64,000 bases of DNA from Camelus ferus. Lineage: Eukaryota. Below the pieces are notes generated by a model. It had not been told where the DNA came from and made no database searches. It worked only from the letters and a program-made list of their open reading frames with translations. The stretch covers positions 87,856,001 through 87,920,000 of the forward strand of contig NC_045696.1 in NCBI RefSeq assembly GCF_009834535.1. The letters run 5' to 3'. Below are positions 1 to 13,599 of this stretch, piece by piece; within the stretch, counting starts at the first letter, position 1; each line of letters opens with the position of its first letter. Both the position numbers and the translations under genes were made by a program.

Positions 1-1001
1 TATAATCGAATTCTATATAGTTGGTAACATTTTCAGTAGGTTATTTCAAATATGAGACTTCAAAATCTTATTCAAAGTAATAAATTATAGTTAAGATCAA
101 TTTCACACTACATCCCATTAAGATTTTGAATGAACTATTAATTGTAACTTTGTAACTAACCAATTGAGGGTTTTATGGCTACATATACTGTTGTTAATCA
201 AGTTTTATTTTCTTTACTGGTCATAATAAAATACTAAGACTGTCTCTTAAAATGTTCATAAACCTAATTTATACTTTCACCTGAAATATTTGTTCAGTTA
301 TCCTGAGAATGTCACAGATAACTGTAAATAGGTTAAAGTATTTATTTTTCCAATTACCTAAAAAATTTAAAAGCTTAAAAGTCAGGGTAATGTATAAGTA
401 GACAAATACAATGTTCATAATTAAAACACTATATCCTCGAACCTCAATAAAAATTTGAAAAAATATGTATTTAATGCCAGTTACCAGTTAATTTTGTACT
501 CAACTAATTTTGCTGTGTGTATAAGAAACAAATCAAGTAATATTTATTTGGAGGGAGAAATAATTGAAGACTAAGTTCTTCAGTAGCTGTTGATGAGCAT
601 GAATTTACCTATATGGGAGCTGATATTATCCTTTAAGAAGTCAGAAGATATGGTAGAAAAGGACATTCATGTCAGATGGCAAAGCCCTCAAAGAAGAAGA
701 CAAATTAAGTGGGAGGTCAGAAGAAAAAAGCAACCAGAGGAGCACTGGATCATACACACTTAGGCAGCATCTACCTGAACAGAGCAGAAGAATATAAAAG
801 TGACAATAGGAGCAAGCAGAACATCAAAAGCAGAACCTAATTCAGTGCCTGACAAAGATTATATACGCATTAGATATTTATTGAATAAGTGTTTGCTGAA
901 TAGATGTTTGTTCAACAAGTGAATTAAAAATGAATGGCTAAGTTTGCTAACATCGCTTCTGCTTCCTGGTATAACCAAGCATGGGAGACTAAGACTATAC
1001 T

Positions 1002-1181
1002 GAAAGGGAAGGGAAAGGGAAAGGGAAAGGGAAAGGGAAAGGGAAAGGGAAAGGGAAAGGGAAAGGAAAGGAAAGGAAAGGAAAGGAAAGGAAAGGAAAG
1101 GAAAGGAAAGGAAAGGAAAGGAAAGGAAAGGAAAGGAAAGGAAAGGAAAGGAAAGGAAAGGAAAGGAAAAAAAGAAAAGAG
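1002..1181. repeat. Compound polypurine microsatellite, (GGGAAA)n switching to (GGAAA)n
   Basis: Seen directly: 180 consecutive purines on the + strand, with hexamer units followed by pentamer units. Confidence 0.97.
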
Positions 1182-1734
1182 TTAAGGTTCTCAAAGAAGA
1201 GCCTAACATTCATTAAGTCAGGGAAACAAGGACATGTCTTAAAAAGAGAGGAGGTTTGAGAATGGGAGAGTGGTTACAGAGCAGTGAAAAAGGAAGCAGA
1301 TCATCAGTGCCTAAAATACTGAAAGTTTGTAATTGGCTCAAAAATTTTTGCATGCAGGATTAATGGAATCCAAGAGAAAATAACTATGGAAGCATCACTC
1401 TTTGGGAAAAATTTCTTCCTGTATACACTCATAACCCCCTTTTAAAATATTCATCATCACTTGTTTAAGACTCTGACTTCCCAAAGTAGACTATACATTT
1501 CCTGATTGAAGGAACCATGTTTAACATTTCACCACTTGTCCCAACACCTACTATGGTGCTTGGCACACAGTAAACATAAATAAAGTGTGAATGAAAAGAG
1601 AAGAAGGAAAGAAGAGAGAAAGGGAGGGAGGGAGGAAAATGAGATGCAGGGAGTGACAGAGAAAATAGGATGGCTAATGGAAGAAAACAAGGGTTGAAAA
1701 TGAAACCACCCACACTACTCCTTAAATTGATTCC

Positions 1735-4382
1735 AAGGCAAATCTCCCCACAGAACAAAGATGCAAAAATCCTCAACAAAATATTAGCAAACTGAATTCA
1801 GCAATACATTAAAACGATAATAAACCATGTGGGATTTATCCCAGGGATGCCAGGATGATTCAATATCTGCAAATTAAATAATATGATGCATATAATAATA
1901 AAATGATGGATTAAAAAATCCTATGATCATCTCAATAGCTGCACAAAAAGCATTTGACAAAATTCAACATTCATTCATGATAAAAAAAAAAACTCTCAAC
2001 AAAGTGGATAAAAAGGGGACATGTATCAACATAATAAACGTCATATGTGAAAAGGCCATACCTAACATCACACTCCATGTATAATCAGGAAAAAGACAAG
2101 GATGCTTACTTTTGCCATCTTTATTTAACATAGTACTAGAAGTCCTAACTAGAGCAAATAGCCAAGACAAAGAAATAAAAGACATTCAAATAAAAAAGGA
2201 AGAAATAAAACTGTCTCTATTTGCAGATGATACGATATTGCACTTCAGAAATCCAAAAGACTCCACCAAAACATTATTAGAACAAACAAATTCAGTACAG
2301 TTAAACTGTACAAAATCAATGTACTAAAATTGGGTACATTTCTATATACTAATAACAAATTATAGAAAGAGAAATTAAGAAAGCAATTCCATTTACAACT
2401 GGATCAAAAAGGATATAATAACCTAGGAATAAATTTAACCAACATGGTGAGATTCATACACTGAAAACTATGTTATTGATACAAGAAATTGAAGAAGACA
2501 CAAATAAATGGAAAGATATTCTGTGCTCACAGATTAGAATTAATATTGTTAAAATAGCCATACTTCCCAAAGTGATCTACAGTTTCAATGCAATCTCTGT
2601 CAAAATTCCAATGTCATTTTTTCACAGAAATAAAAAAAAAAAAATCGTAAAGTTTGTATGAAACCACAAAGACCTCAAATAGCCAAAGAAATCCTAAGAA
2701 AAGAGAACAAAGAAGTAGGAGGCATCAAACGTCCTGATTTCAAGCTAAACTATAAAGTTATAATCATCAAAATAGTATGGTATCCGCATTAAAAAGGCAC
2801 AAAGATCAATGGAAAAGAATAGAGAGCCCAGAAATAAACCCACGCATATATGGTTACAATCAATTTATGGCAAAGGAGCCAAAAATATAAAATGGAGACA
2901 GGATAGTCTCTGTAATAAATGGTGTTGGGAAAATTTGACAGCAACATGCAAAAGAATGAATCTAGATTTTAATCTTACACCAACCGCAAAAATCAACTCA
3001 AAATGAATTAGAGACATGAACATAACACATGAAACTATAAAACTCCTAGAAGAAAACAGAGGGTAAGCTCCTTGATAGTAGTGTCAATGAATTGTTGGGA
3101 TTTGACACCAAAAGCAAAGGCAACAGGGACTAAATTAAATTTAAAAAGCTTGTGCACAGCAAAGGAAGCTATCAACTAAATGAAAAGCCAACCTACAGGA
3201 TGGGATAAAATATTTGCAGACCATATATCTGATAAGGAATATATCTGATAAGGAGCTTATATCCAAAATATATAAAGAAGTTATAAAACTCAACAGCAAA
3301 ACAAAAACAAAATTTAAAAAAACAGTTGATTAAAAAAAATGGCAGAGGATCTGAACTGACATTTTTTCAATGAAGCAACAGATGGCCAACAGAACACTGA
3401 AAAGTGTTCAATGTCACTAATCAACAGGGAAATGTACTTCAAAACCATAATGAGCTATTACTTCATACCTGTTATAATGGTTATTTATTACCAAAAGGAT
3501 AAGAAATAACAAGTATCAATGAGGATGTGGAGAAAAGGGAACACTTGTGTACTGTTGGTGGGAATGTAAATTGGTTTAGCCATTATGCAATGTACGAAGT
3601 TTCCTCAAAAAATTAAAAATACAACTAACATATGATCCCGCAATTCCACTTTTTGGATATATATCTGAAGGGAACAAAATCACTAACTCAAAGAGATATC
3701 TGCACCCTCATGTGCACTGCAGCTTTGTTTATAATAACCAAGACACAGAAATAATCTGTGTCCACCAGTGAATCAATGAATGAATAATGTGACATATACA
3801 CATATGTGTATATAAATATGTGTATTTATATACACATATTTATGTATACATATATAAATATAAATTGGAATATTATTTGGCCACAAAAAAGAAAGAAATC
3901 CTGCCATTTACAACATAGATGGAAATTGAGGGCATTATACTAAGTGAAATAAATTAGGCAGAGAAAGACAAATACTGTACAAAAACACTTATATGTGAAA
4001 TCTTAAAAAAAGAAAAAAAAAAACCTCATAGAAACAGAGAACAGACTGGTGGTTACCACAGGTAGAGGTTGAGGGGTGGAGGAAATGAGTGAAGGGAGTC
4101 AAAAGGTACAAACTTTCAGTTGCAAAATAAATTTAAGTCCTGGAGATGTAATGAACAGCATGGTCACTACAGTTACCAATACTGTATTGTATATTTGAAA
4201 GCTGCTTGTAAGTGGCTCTTAAACATTCTCATCACAAGGAATGTACAACTATGTGAAGTGATGAATGTCAATTATGGTAATCATTTCACATATACATGTA
4301 TCAAATCAATAGGCTGTACACCTTAAACTAATACAATGTTATAGATCAATATCTCAGTAAAACTTAGGGAAAATAAAATAAG
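1735..4382 (+). mobile_element. 5'-truncated, decayed LINE-1 (ORF2 RT/C-terminal region plus L1MA9-like 3' UTR)
   Basis: ORF2-like peptide fragments ([39 protein letters not shown]) are broken by stops and frameshifts. There is an A-rich tail and a near-perfect TSD, taaattgattcc 1723-1734 / taaactgattcc 4383-4394, at a TT|AAA endonuclease-type site. Confidence 0.95.
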
Positions 4383-6684
4383 TAAACTGATTCCTTGAGT
4401 CACTATCAGGTTTTAGTAAAATACAATCCCATTATCTCAATTGTAATCAATGGCATGATAAACAAAAAAAACCCTTGTTTCCGTGCTTCCTGGATCAGCA
4501 TGATTTCAAATTTTCTGTTCCATTTTTACCATAAATATATTCCTCCCTGATAGATTTGGTATTTCAATTAATGGTCTGAAAAATTATAGTCATCAGTATA
4601 ATTTAAAACCAAAAATTTTATTAATTTTATATATACTCTGTGACTTTAAAAGTTATAAAGTCTTACATTTGAGAAAGACCTTAGACCATTTCCTCTCCTA
4701 AAGCGGGAGACCTTTACAGCATGCCTAGGAATTACAGTTTTTGCCAAAACCCCTGTACCCCCAGAGAGCTTAGTAACCTGGGAAGGGACCCCTTCTGCCA
4801 CAAGCCACTTGTTCTGTTGGCAGACTGGTCATCATCAATTATCTGTTTCCTGTGATAGCTCCTTCCTGATGACCTCCTCTGAACCCATAAATATTTATTT
4901 TAAAAATATTATAAAAGTAATTAATGAAAACCTACTTATTGTAGAAAAAAAAAGTATTCAAAGAACCCAGGGAAAGACAGAGACCCTTTTGACCACAACT
5001 TACAAAGTCTTCCTTTTAAAATTTTATTCTTCATCTAACTAAAGATGTAACTAATGCTAATGTCTTTCTTGCCAACGGGATGACTTTTTTCCTTAGAGTT
5101 TTCTAAGAACTTTTACACTCATTTTAAAGACTTTGAAAAGAAGTTATAGAACACTTAATGCCTCTCATCTATCTTTCCATTTATTAATTTATTATTGTAA
5201 TAAAATTATTTATTCAGTGGCTGTTTTGTTTGGGACCCTGTGCAGTGCACTGAAGCTACCACCGTGAAGAAAGGAGACATATTACCTGTCCTTAGGTGCT
5301 TACTACCTAACCTACAAGTTACGTATAGAATGAGTAGTTTATCTGCCCCATAAAATTAAGGCAAATTTGGATTTGCTGTTTCTGCAGGAGGACAAGTCTT
5401 CCTCATTTATGCTGTTCCTAATTTATCCTACCAGAACCATCCAAATATGAATGCTGAGAGTACAGCAGCCTCAATAACATGATTCTTCAGAGCCAAAGCC
5501 AAACAAATATACCCACATTTCTTAGTTCATATTGTACAGAATTTTAGTTTTATTGGGGTCTTGCTGAAGCTAAAATGCCTCTGTCTTGAAATACAACCAT
5601 TATTGAGTTGTAACAATGGAGTGGACCTTGGAAGTTACCGAGTCCATCTGTACACTGCAAGAATTGTTTCTCCAAATTAAACATTACATTTGTACATCAC
5701 CAGGGATAGGGAATTTACAAACTTATAAGGGAATCAGCTTCACTGTTAAATAGATCTTTGTTTCCAGACTAAATGAAAATATATTTGCCTATGACTTCTG
5801 CCCATTTTTCCCATTTCAATTATTTGAAACATAGAAAATAAACCTACTTTTCTTCTATTAACGTTCTTCAGACTCTAATACGTCAGGCAGCAATACCACA
5901 TGAACATGTTCATGTTTTGGCAGAGCCAGAGATTACTGAGCAAATATTACTGGCAACTTGGGTTAGCGATGTATGAATGGCAAAAAATCTTGAGAGTTAA
6001 AGACAGAGTATCTCCCCTGGGGACATTTATTTATATTGCAAAAGTTAATAGATCCGGGGATCATCACTATCTCTCCAGAGATGATTTACATTGTTTACAT
6101 TACAGAACAAAGCTCTGTATTCACCTCATCCACCTTCCTCCTTCCCTCTCTCTCTCTATCCTCCTAGAGGTGAGGAGGAACAGCCGTGACCCCAGTCCCT
6201 AAGTAAGCTCAGAGATTCATAGTTTCGGAACTCCTGTCCCTACAGTATGTGCAGATGACATCTTCCTTCATTATGTTACCCAATGAGGGGTTGGGAGATA
6301 GGGAACTGATTAAAATGTTCTGTGAGTAATTAGAAGATTATCTCTGAGCCAGAAACCCTTTCTTTACTGCCAGAATAAAATAAATGCAGATTTAATGATT
6401 GAGCAAAAGGTAACTATTTTTAAGACTTCTTTTCTTCAGGCCAACATCTTGAGATTCCTCAAGCTAATTACCAATCCCCTCAGCACATTAGTAATTGTTC
6501 TCTATTAGCAGGCCAGTTTGCCAATGTCTTCTATCAACTAGGCCCCTGGAAGAAAATAATACTAAGATATAGGAAATTATAGTTCAGTTGTCTTCATTCA
6601 GCTTTCCAAGTTTTTTATTAGTATACGGAAAAGGACACAACTCAAAGACCTTTCTCTATGTCTTTGTGTTGATGAGGCATGACA

Positions 6685-6723
6685 AATTTAGATAGTCTAA
6701 GTCTTCCTTAGACTATCTAAATT
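6685..6723. repeat. Perfect inverted repeat, 17-bp arms with 5-nt loop
   Basis: aatttagatagtctaag-tcttc-cttagactatctaaatt, read directly. Confidence 0.95.
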
Positions 6724-8242
6724 AACATGAAAACCTGTCCCCAGACTTCTGCAAGTCTGACTGTGTGTGTCTCCTACTAGATATTCCCTGGCAGTCTTAG
6801 AATCCTGCCTGGAGACTACTGGAAGAGGATGGCAGCGTTTTGAGTCCCACTAGTGTCTCAGGACAGTGAAAGTAGGTCCTAACATGTGCTTTCAAGTTGT
6901 CTTCAAATATGATCACATAAAATAAACTGAGTTATAGACTCAGCTTTTAAGCAAAGTTATTCATTTGTGCAAAGTGAACTCCTTATGCTATAGTGAATGT
7001 TATCGGGGGGAAAGATTACTTAGAACACTGTTCCCTATTTAACAGAAGGAAAGTAAAGCCAATGTAAAAGTTTGCCAAAAATCTCAGAAGTTTGATCTCA
7101 GACAGTTGTATGTGATATAACTTTGAATTTGGATTCCTGAAGGCTAAGAATTTAGACAAAGCACACTCAAAATGTTTGGCCAGCTACTACAGGTAGTAAT
7201 CATTCTTGAGAATAAACTCTTACTTGTTTGATTTGAACATTTATATGCCTCCTAGAAACATGTTAGGACATTTCCTGGTCTGGCACATCAGGTCCCATCT
7301 CTTAAACATTTACAGCTGTGAAAGGGATAGCTTACTAAACAGTCATGTATTGTCTGCAGTAAGGAGAAATCTGAATCTGTGGAAAGCCATCTTTTTAAAA
7401 TATATTTTCTATTAGAAACATGTGCCCACTTGTTATATGATCTTTTATTTACCTGGCTAATTTAACTTCCCTAGTTTCTTTCAAAAGATCCCCATTATGA
7501 GCTATAAACAACTCAGCCCATAAACTTTCAGGGAATATGATTAACTAACTTTAAAAAGCAACTATTATCCTAGGCCTTGTTTTTAACCACTGTCCAAGTC
7601 AATTTGAAATTTTAAAGCTAATCCTTCTCCCTTAACAATAATCATCACCAAGAATGAATTTATATTATTACTACAGAATAAAATAAAATGGATCACGTTT
7701 TTAACCTATAAATATACATACTCCAAGCAACAGATCTTTGTTCCTCATCCTCAAATTTCCCACATCTCTATAGCCTGGCTTCATTTCTAAACAGAGGGAG
7801 CAATTTTATTATTGAACTGATAATGTCATTCCTCTCAGACCTGCCACTATTTGTTATTTCTATTCTGGTGTTCTTTTTCAGAATTTTTCATTTGGGACCG
7901 AACAGCTTTCAAATAGAGCAACTTTGTGTCTGAACAATGGGCTCCTTTCTGTCGTGCGCTGGTTGACAGGGTACGAAGTACTTAACGGGAGTTTCCCTAG
8001 CAAATACACTGCTCCTGAAATTTGGCCACAGTCCACACTTCAAATAGCAGCAACTCCCAATGAGCCTTGGATGGTCAGCTAATTTCAGCTAAAAATGATT
8101 CCTACAGTGAGTTTCTTCCCTTCATGATGCTTAAGAACCAGTTAATTGTCAGCATGGTTTTAAAAATAATTTTTACCAAAGGTCTCTTGGTTGTATTAAA
8201 GCCCTTTGCATTCTGTCGTCACTGAAACCCCGTGGTACTCAC

Positions 8243-8386
8243 TCCAGGGAGGCGTTCAGCAGCAGGTGATGTCTCCTGTCTTCCATGGCAGCCGATCCAG
8301 GTACTGAGCTGACAACGTGGCACCATGATCCCAGCCTTTCTAAGAACCATCCTGGTTGATGTCTTTTTATTTTTCAAGATGAGGCT
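8243..8386 (-). other. Candidate 144-nt spliced exon (probably 5' UTR or first coding exon) of a large minus-strand gene
   Basis: On the minus strand the acceptor is ttgttttgtccatag|AGCCTC and the donor is CTGGA|gtgagt. The exon is GC/CpG-richer than its flanks, non-repetitive, and contains three AUGs in R-3/G+4 context. Confidence 0.7.
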
Positions 8387-8850
8387 CTATGGACAAAACA
8401 ACATTGGATGAGATCATTATTATCATCATCACCATTATCATTTTCATTATTACTATTATCAGTATCTGAAAATTAGGCCCTATATGTTTTCCTGAGATTA
8501 CTGGCCCCCTCCAACAATAACAAAAAGCCAACAAAAATAAACAAACAAACAAACCAAAATCCAGTGGCTGAGCACCCAACATCAGCACTTCGAATATAGC
8601 TCAAATTAGTTTAGCTATAGCTCAAAAAACGCTTCATTGTTTCAGGTTGTTAACCACAATGTCTTATAAAATGAAGCATGTTTACTGTCATTTTGCAAAA
8701 GTCATTTCTTCCTTTATGAATCTGGCAATGAAGAATTTCAAAGATACCAGTGTGGGATTGTTATCAGGCACCCGCCAAAGCTGTCAGGCCTCATTACCTC
8801 CAAGACAAAAATTACAGACTAATGTATTAAATGCTTGAACAGAAACACAC

Positions 8851-9130
8851 CGGGTACCGTCTCGGTTCCGCGGTAATGGGATGACACCAGCAGCCCACAA
8901 GCTGAACTACAGCCGGCTCCCCTCCCCCTTTGCAGCACAGCGCACTGAAGTGGAGAGAAGATAAACATCCAAGTCCAAATCGAATTGCTGGATTTATTGC
9001 CAGCAGAACCCAGCAGCGCTGATGTTCCTGTGAATGCAGTGCATTCATTTTAACAAACCCCATTTCAAGGGGTCTGTCATGAGGCAAACACACTTCTTAT
9101 CTGGCTGAATATTAGCATAGCCGCTCCCAG
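8851..9130 (-). promoter_or_regulatory. Candidate internal promoter / alternative first exon
   Basis: Local CpG retention (5 CpG in 8851-8872) and a GGGGGAGGGG element. A plausible minus-strand donor CCG|gtgtgt at 8851/8850 lies 464 nt upstream of the 144-nt exon. The 5' boundary is unknown. Confidence 0.4.
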
Positions 9131-9809
9131 CCCCAATTTATCTCTTTTTAAAAGAGAACTAGAAGTCAATTTGAGGTGTTTGTTCTGATTCTATAAAAGA
9201 AATTGCTTTCAGTGATTATATAATGATGTCATCCTGCCTGAAGGGGACTAATTTTTTTTCTTAACTATTTTTAATTTTCCAGTCACTTTTTTAAAAATCA
9301 CTTTTGTTTCTCTGAGGCTTATACCTTCAGACTTCACTGATAAGTCCTTGAACACACTGCACCTCCAAAATGGACCGATGAGGTCACATTTTAAAATCTG
9401 TCACACTGACCGTGACAGTGTACTTCCCCTCCTCCTGCTTATTTGTCTATCATATACACTTGGCCAAAGAAGAACTCACAATTCTTTTTTGCTGCCTGAA
9501 TTTCAGCTGAGAACTCCAGCCTTATTGTCTTAAACAGTTAATGTTATGGTGGATACCTGTGAGATCTAGGGTGGCAAAAAGAAAGTGATGAAGCTTAAAT
9601 GCACAACAGACAAATGTGCTGGCTGCGCATGGTGCACAGAGAATGCAAGTTTCATCCTGAGCTGGAAGGAGTCACTCTCCGGTCTTGATGAGGCAGATGC
9701 CTCAGTCTGTCTCTCCTATTTCCAACCTAGAGGCTTCTAATATTGTCAAACTGTGGAAAAACTTGCAGGAAAGCTTAGATCATTTGGGGAAATACTGTAA
9801 AAGAGGAAG

Positions 9810-10035
9810 ATCATAAGCTTCAGAGTGAGACTGACCCAGTGAGAATCACAGCGCTACCACTCCCCAGCTGGGTGACCCTGGGCAACTTTCCTAACCTGTT
9901 TCCCTTTCTGTAAAATGGGGGGAAATAATGCCTACTTTGTAGGGCTATTGGGAGAAGTAAGAACTATCACATATGAGATTCACTTAGAAAACAGCATGGC
10001 ACACTGGAAAAATTCAATGGGTGTTAGAGGTTATT
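9810..10035 (+). mobile_element. MIR SINE
   Basis: Core motif gtgaccctgggcaactttcctaacc...tttccctttctgtaaaatgggg...ataatgcctac. Confidence 0.8.
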
Positions 10036-11544
10036 ATCATTTGATTCTGAATAACTGCTTAATTTATCTATTAAATATTTTCATCTGCCAAAATGTTAGA
10101 GTCAAAGAATAATCTAGGCTATTATACCCACTGATGGGAATGTTTTCTATGATTATTGTCTCCCTCTCTCTCCCCGCCTCTCTTTTACTGTCAATCAGTT
10201 ACATTAAATGTCTACTCTGCTGTGAACAGCCTCCAGCTCACAACTGTGAGGCTTTGGTTGAGGATGCAACATTGAGCTCACATGGACATGCGGACACAAG
10301 CTTCATTCTTCCTTAACCATCCCTTCCTGTTGTGAATCAGTCAGAATGCAAATAAAATACTCGATTGTCCGCTCGTATTTTAGTTTAATATTTCATTTCT
10401 GCTATCATAATACAGTACACATTAGCAGCTTCAGAATATAATGTAATCTTAAACTTTTTTATCTCAATAAAGCACTAGTGAGGACCAGTGCAACGTATGT
10501 TAGGTGCTAGACTAGATCATCAGAACACAGCCTCTTCCTTCCAGGAGGGTGCATTCTAGAAGGCTGAAAGAAAATGACGTCCAAATGACTGAAAACAAAA
10601 GATGAAATGGCACAAGTACCATCTGAGAAAAGAAAAATCCCAAGGAAATATTATATATTAAGGGGATGAGAAACAGTTTCTATGTGCTGGCATTTGGCAT
10701 AAGCCTTGAGGTATGCTTAGTTTCCTTTAAACTGGAAAAAACAATGAGATGGGTTTGGGGGAAGAACAGGTAGAAAAGGAAGGACAATTATTCACACCAA
10801 GGAAAATTTATGCATAAGGAATAGTAGATGGAAATCACATGGCAGAGGATCTTAAATGCTTAAGTAAGATTCGGTCCTTAAATTGAAAGCAATGGTCTAA
10901 CACAAACAGAAGCGTTTGAACAGGAAGTAATTTTTTTTTTTTTTTGCCTTAAATAGATAAACCTAGTAGCAACGTGAAAGTAATATGTTAATGGAGATTG
11001 ATGGGCTATTGGGACATCAACAGAATCCTATTTCAGGAAATAACTAACAAGGGCTGGAACTGTATGCCCACAGGTGGTATGACACAGTTCTCCTGATCCA
11101 ATATCTATCACAGAACTTTGCTCAGTTGGGTACTTGATCCTGAAGGAGACAGATGTGTTCATATTAAATAGCCAGACCATCTCTTCCTTCCATGCATGCC
11201 CACTCCTTCTCACATTCTCTTTCCCACATATTGATGGAAAAGCCTCCCTTTGTCCCTTTGATGCAGCATTAGAAGCAGGGCATGACTTTTCTGCCCTTCC
11301 ACAATTTAGAGGAAATGGAGATCAGATATCAGGCCTGTAACTGGCTCTGTTCCCACAGGCTCTCTTCTGGGATGTTATTACAGGCCGTGTAAGGCCAGAG
11401 GCAGTCAGGAAATATGTCTCCTTTTCTCCATTCCTGGGAAAATTACTAAAATTTTCTACTTTTATAAAGCATTTTTTCTCCCATGGACTCAAAATGTTCT
11501 TTTAATACTCCTTTCAATAGCCCTCTGAAGGAAAATTTTGTGCA

Positions 11545-11650
11545 AGAATTATCATTCTGTCCTTACAGATGGGGAAAACTGAGCAGGGAGATTGAGTGTC
11601 TTGCCCAAGGCCACATGGCAAGTCAATTATAGAACCAGGAAGAGCCATCC
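11545..11650 (-). mobile_element. MIR SINE fragment
   Basis: ttacagatggggaaaactgag...cttgcccaaggccaca is the reverse complement of the MIR core. Confidence 0.8.
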
Positions 11651-12169
11651 TTGCTGTTTCTCCAATGCCTTGGCACAATGCTGCGTCATCATGAGTACTC
11701 TCCTTGTGAACTGTGTCCATGCAATATTAATACGATCCCCTCATTCTAGGTGCTGATAAATACAACCCGTGTGATGAATGTCACAAATAAGAACCAAGCT
11801 CCATAAGACGAAGATCACTAGTGGTACTATTATACTCTGAGAGTACTACTGTACGCTCTCCCTCTTCCTCATAGATGTAACTTATTTATAAACTCCAATG
11901 TGATCTGTAGTTAGTCTTTAAGTTTTTACTTAATTTATCCAGTTCCTCACCAAAGCTGGAGTTTACACAAAGATTCTACCCAATGGAATAGCATGCTTCT
12001 CAGAATCACGTAATACAATATAGTTTTTCTTATCTTGTGGCTCTCACAATAAAAAGGGACACAAAAATGCTGTGCGCTCTAGATGTGGTATTTAATGAAT
12101 TCAGTACTTACATTAGACGTGCTCTAGGCTACAACTACATAGTTGGATACCCAACTACCAGGGACTTAA

Positions 12170-12590
12170 ATTATAAAGATAATTATTGTTTATTCAATAA
12201 GCGGTGTGAGCTAGGTGATCTCTGGATTGGTTCAGCAACACAATGATATCATTAGCCAGGCTCCTGTACTGGGGTCTTTTCCATAATGACTCTTCTTACC
12301 CATGGTGGTAAGAGGGCCACTTTAATTAGTCATTAAATCCTCCTTCAAGAAGGGGAGACATGAGAAGTGGTGGTACCAGAAACTATCAGGCATCTATGTC
12401 TTTAATCAGGAAACAAGAATCTTTACCAAAAACTTTCCACAAGAAGTTCGTTCATATCTCACTGACCAGATCTAGATCATGAGGTCACCTCTAGCTTAAA
12501 GATAAGCTGGGAAAAGATTATCTTGGCTTTACAAACAAGAGACAGAAAGGAAAATGGGGATGGAAACCCAAATGTCAGCCACAACACTCA
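12170..12590 (-). mobile_element. Old MaLR LTR (MLT1K/L-like), decayed
   Basis: Recalled similarity, e.g. catatctcactgaccagatctagatcatgaggtcacctctagc...gctgggaaa. Boundaries approximate. Confidence 0.5.
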
Positions 12591-13599
12591 TGTCAATCAG
12601 TGGATATTTGTAAAACAGAGTATACATGTTCTTGACTTTATTTTTGTAAAGCTACTTTTTGGATAAGGCAAAATAATAATCAGAAAAAAATCAGAGACAT
12701 GAAGGAAATAAGGGTAATAGATGGAGAGGTGTTGAAGTGAAATGATTCAACAAAAGAGAGCTTTGATGTAACTGGATAAGCTAAAAGATGCCTTTTAAAA
12801 GAAAAATCCCGATACACTTTTGAAATACACTGTGAAAGTCATGCAGAGACATGGGCCATGTAATTCAGCTTATCGGAGCTCATAATTTGAGTTCTTAATT
12901 TTTTTATTCCTCTTTTAATAATAATGGCATGACCAGGATCATTTTAGAAAGACCGTTTCACATGGTATTACTTATACCCTTTCAGTAAAATAACCTTAAC
13001 TTTCCAAACGTTCAGGAAAACATTGGAAATGGATATAGAAAAGCTCACTTAATTTTCTTGTTTCTAATATCTGCTGCAGGTATACCTAAGAGATTCTTGA
13101 TGTCTATGCATGACTGGGGCCTCAGCACATAATTAAGTATTCTGCCTACAGAACCTAGGAGTCAGGAATTTCCTCCTGGGTGGCTTAAGCTAAAGAACTG
13201 ACCAATCCATCAAGATCCAATAAAACACCAATTGGCAAAAGTGTAAGGTATAGAAGAAAGCATCTTAAATGGCACCTTGGAGCTGATAATGAAATGAAAT
13301 TTCCAATTGCTACTGCCATTCCGCTGTAAGTATTTTAAATAAAAGTATTTTATTTTCAAGCCATGCACTATAGCAAGTCAATCTAGAGTGGCACCAGTTA
13401 TAAATTTAATAAATAAAATAATGTTGTCCATTGTGGTATCTTAATGCCAAGTACACAAAAGGCTCTTTCTCCCCATTTTCCTAACTCCAGTAAGTATTAA
13501 TTGTTCTCCTTAATAGGGAGAAGTTGGGCTGAACTGCTGGTTCTCTAAACTGTTTGCATTTACAAATACATCAGCAATACAATAACAAACCTATATGGG

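Noticed and set aside
859..1213. ORFs with GK/ERKGK or FPFLS repeats
   Set aside because: These are translations of the polypurine microsatellite, with no gene context.
2112..3006. Reverse-transcriptase-like ORFs
   Set aside because: These are fragments of a dead, 5'-truncated L1 ORF2 with many stops and frameshifts, not an active element or a novel RT system.
7882..7970. Possible plus-strand exon (ttctttttcag...AGG|gtacga)
   Set aside because: The donor is weak, I found no partner plus-strand exons, and other evidence favours the minus strand.
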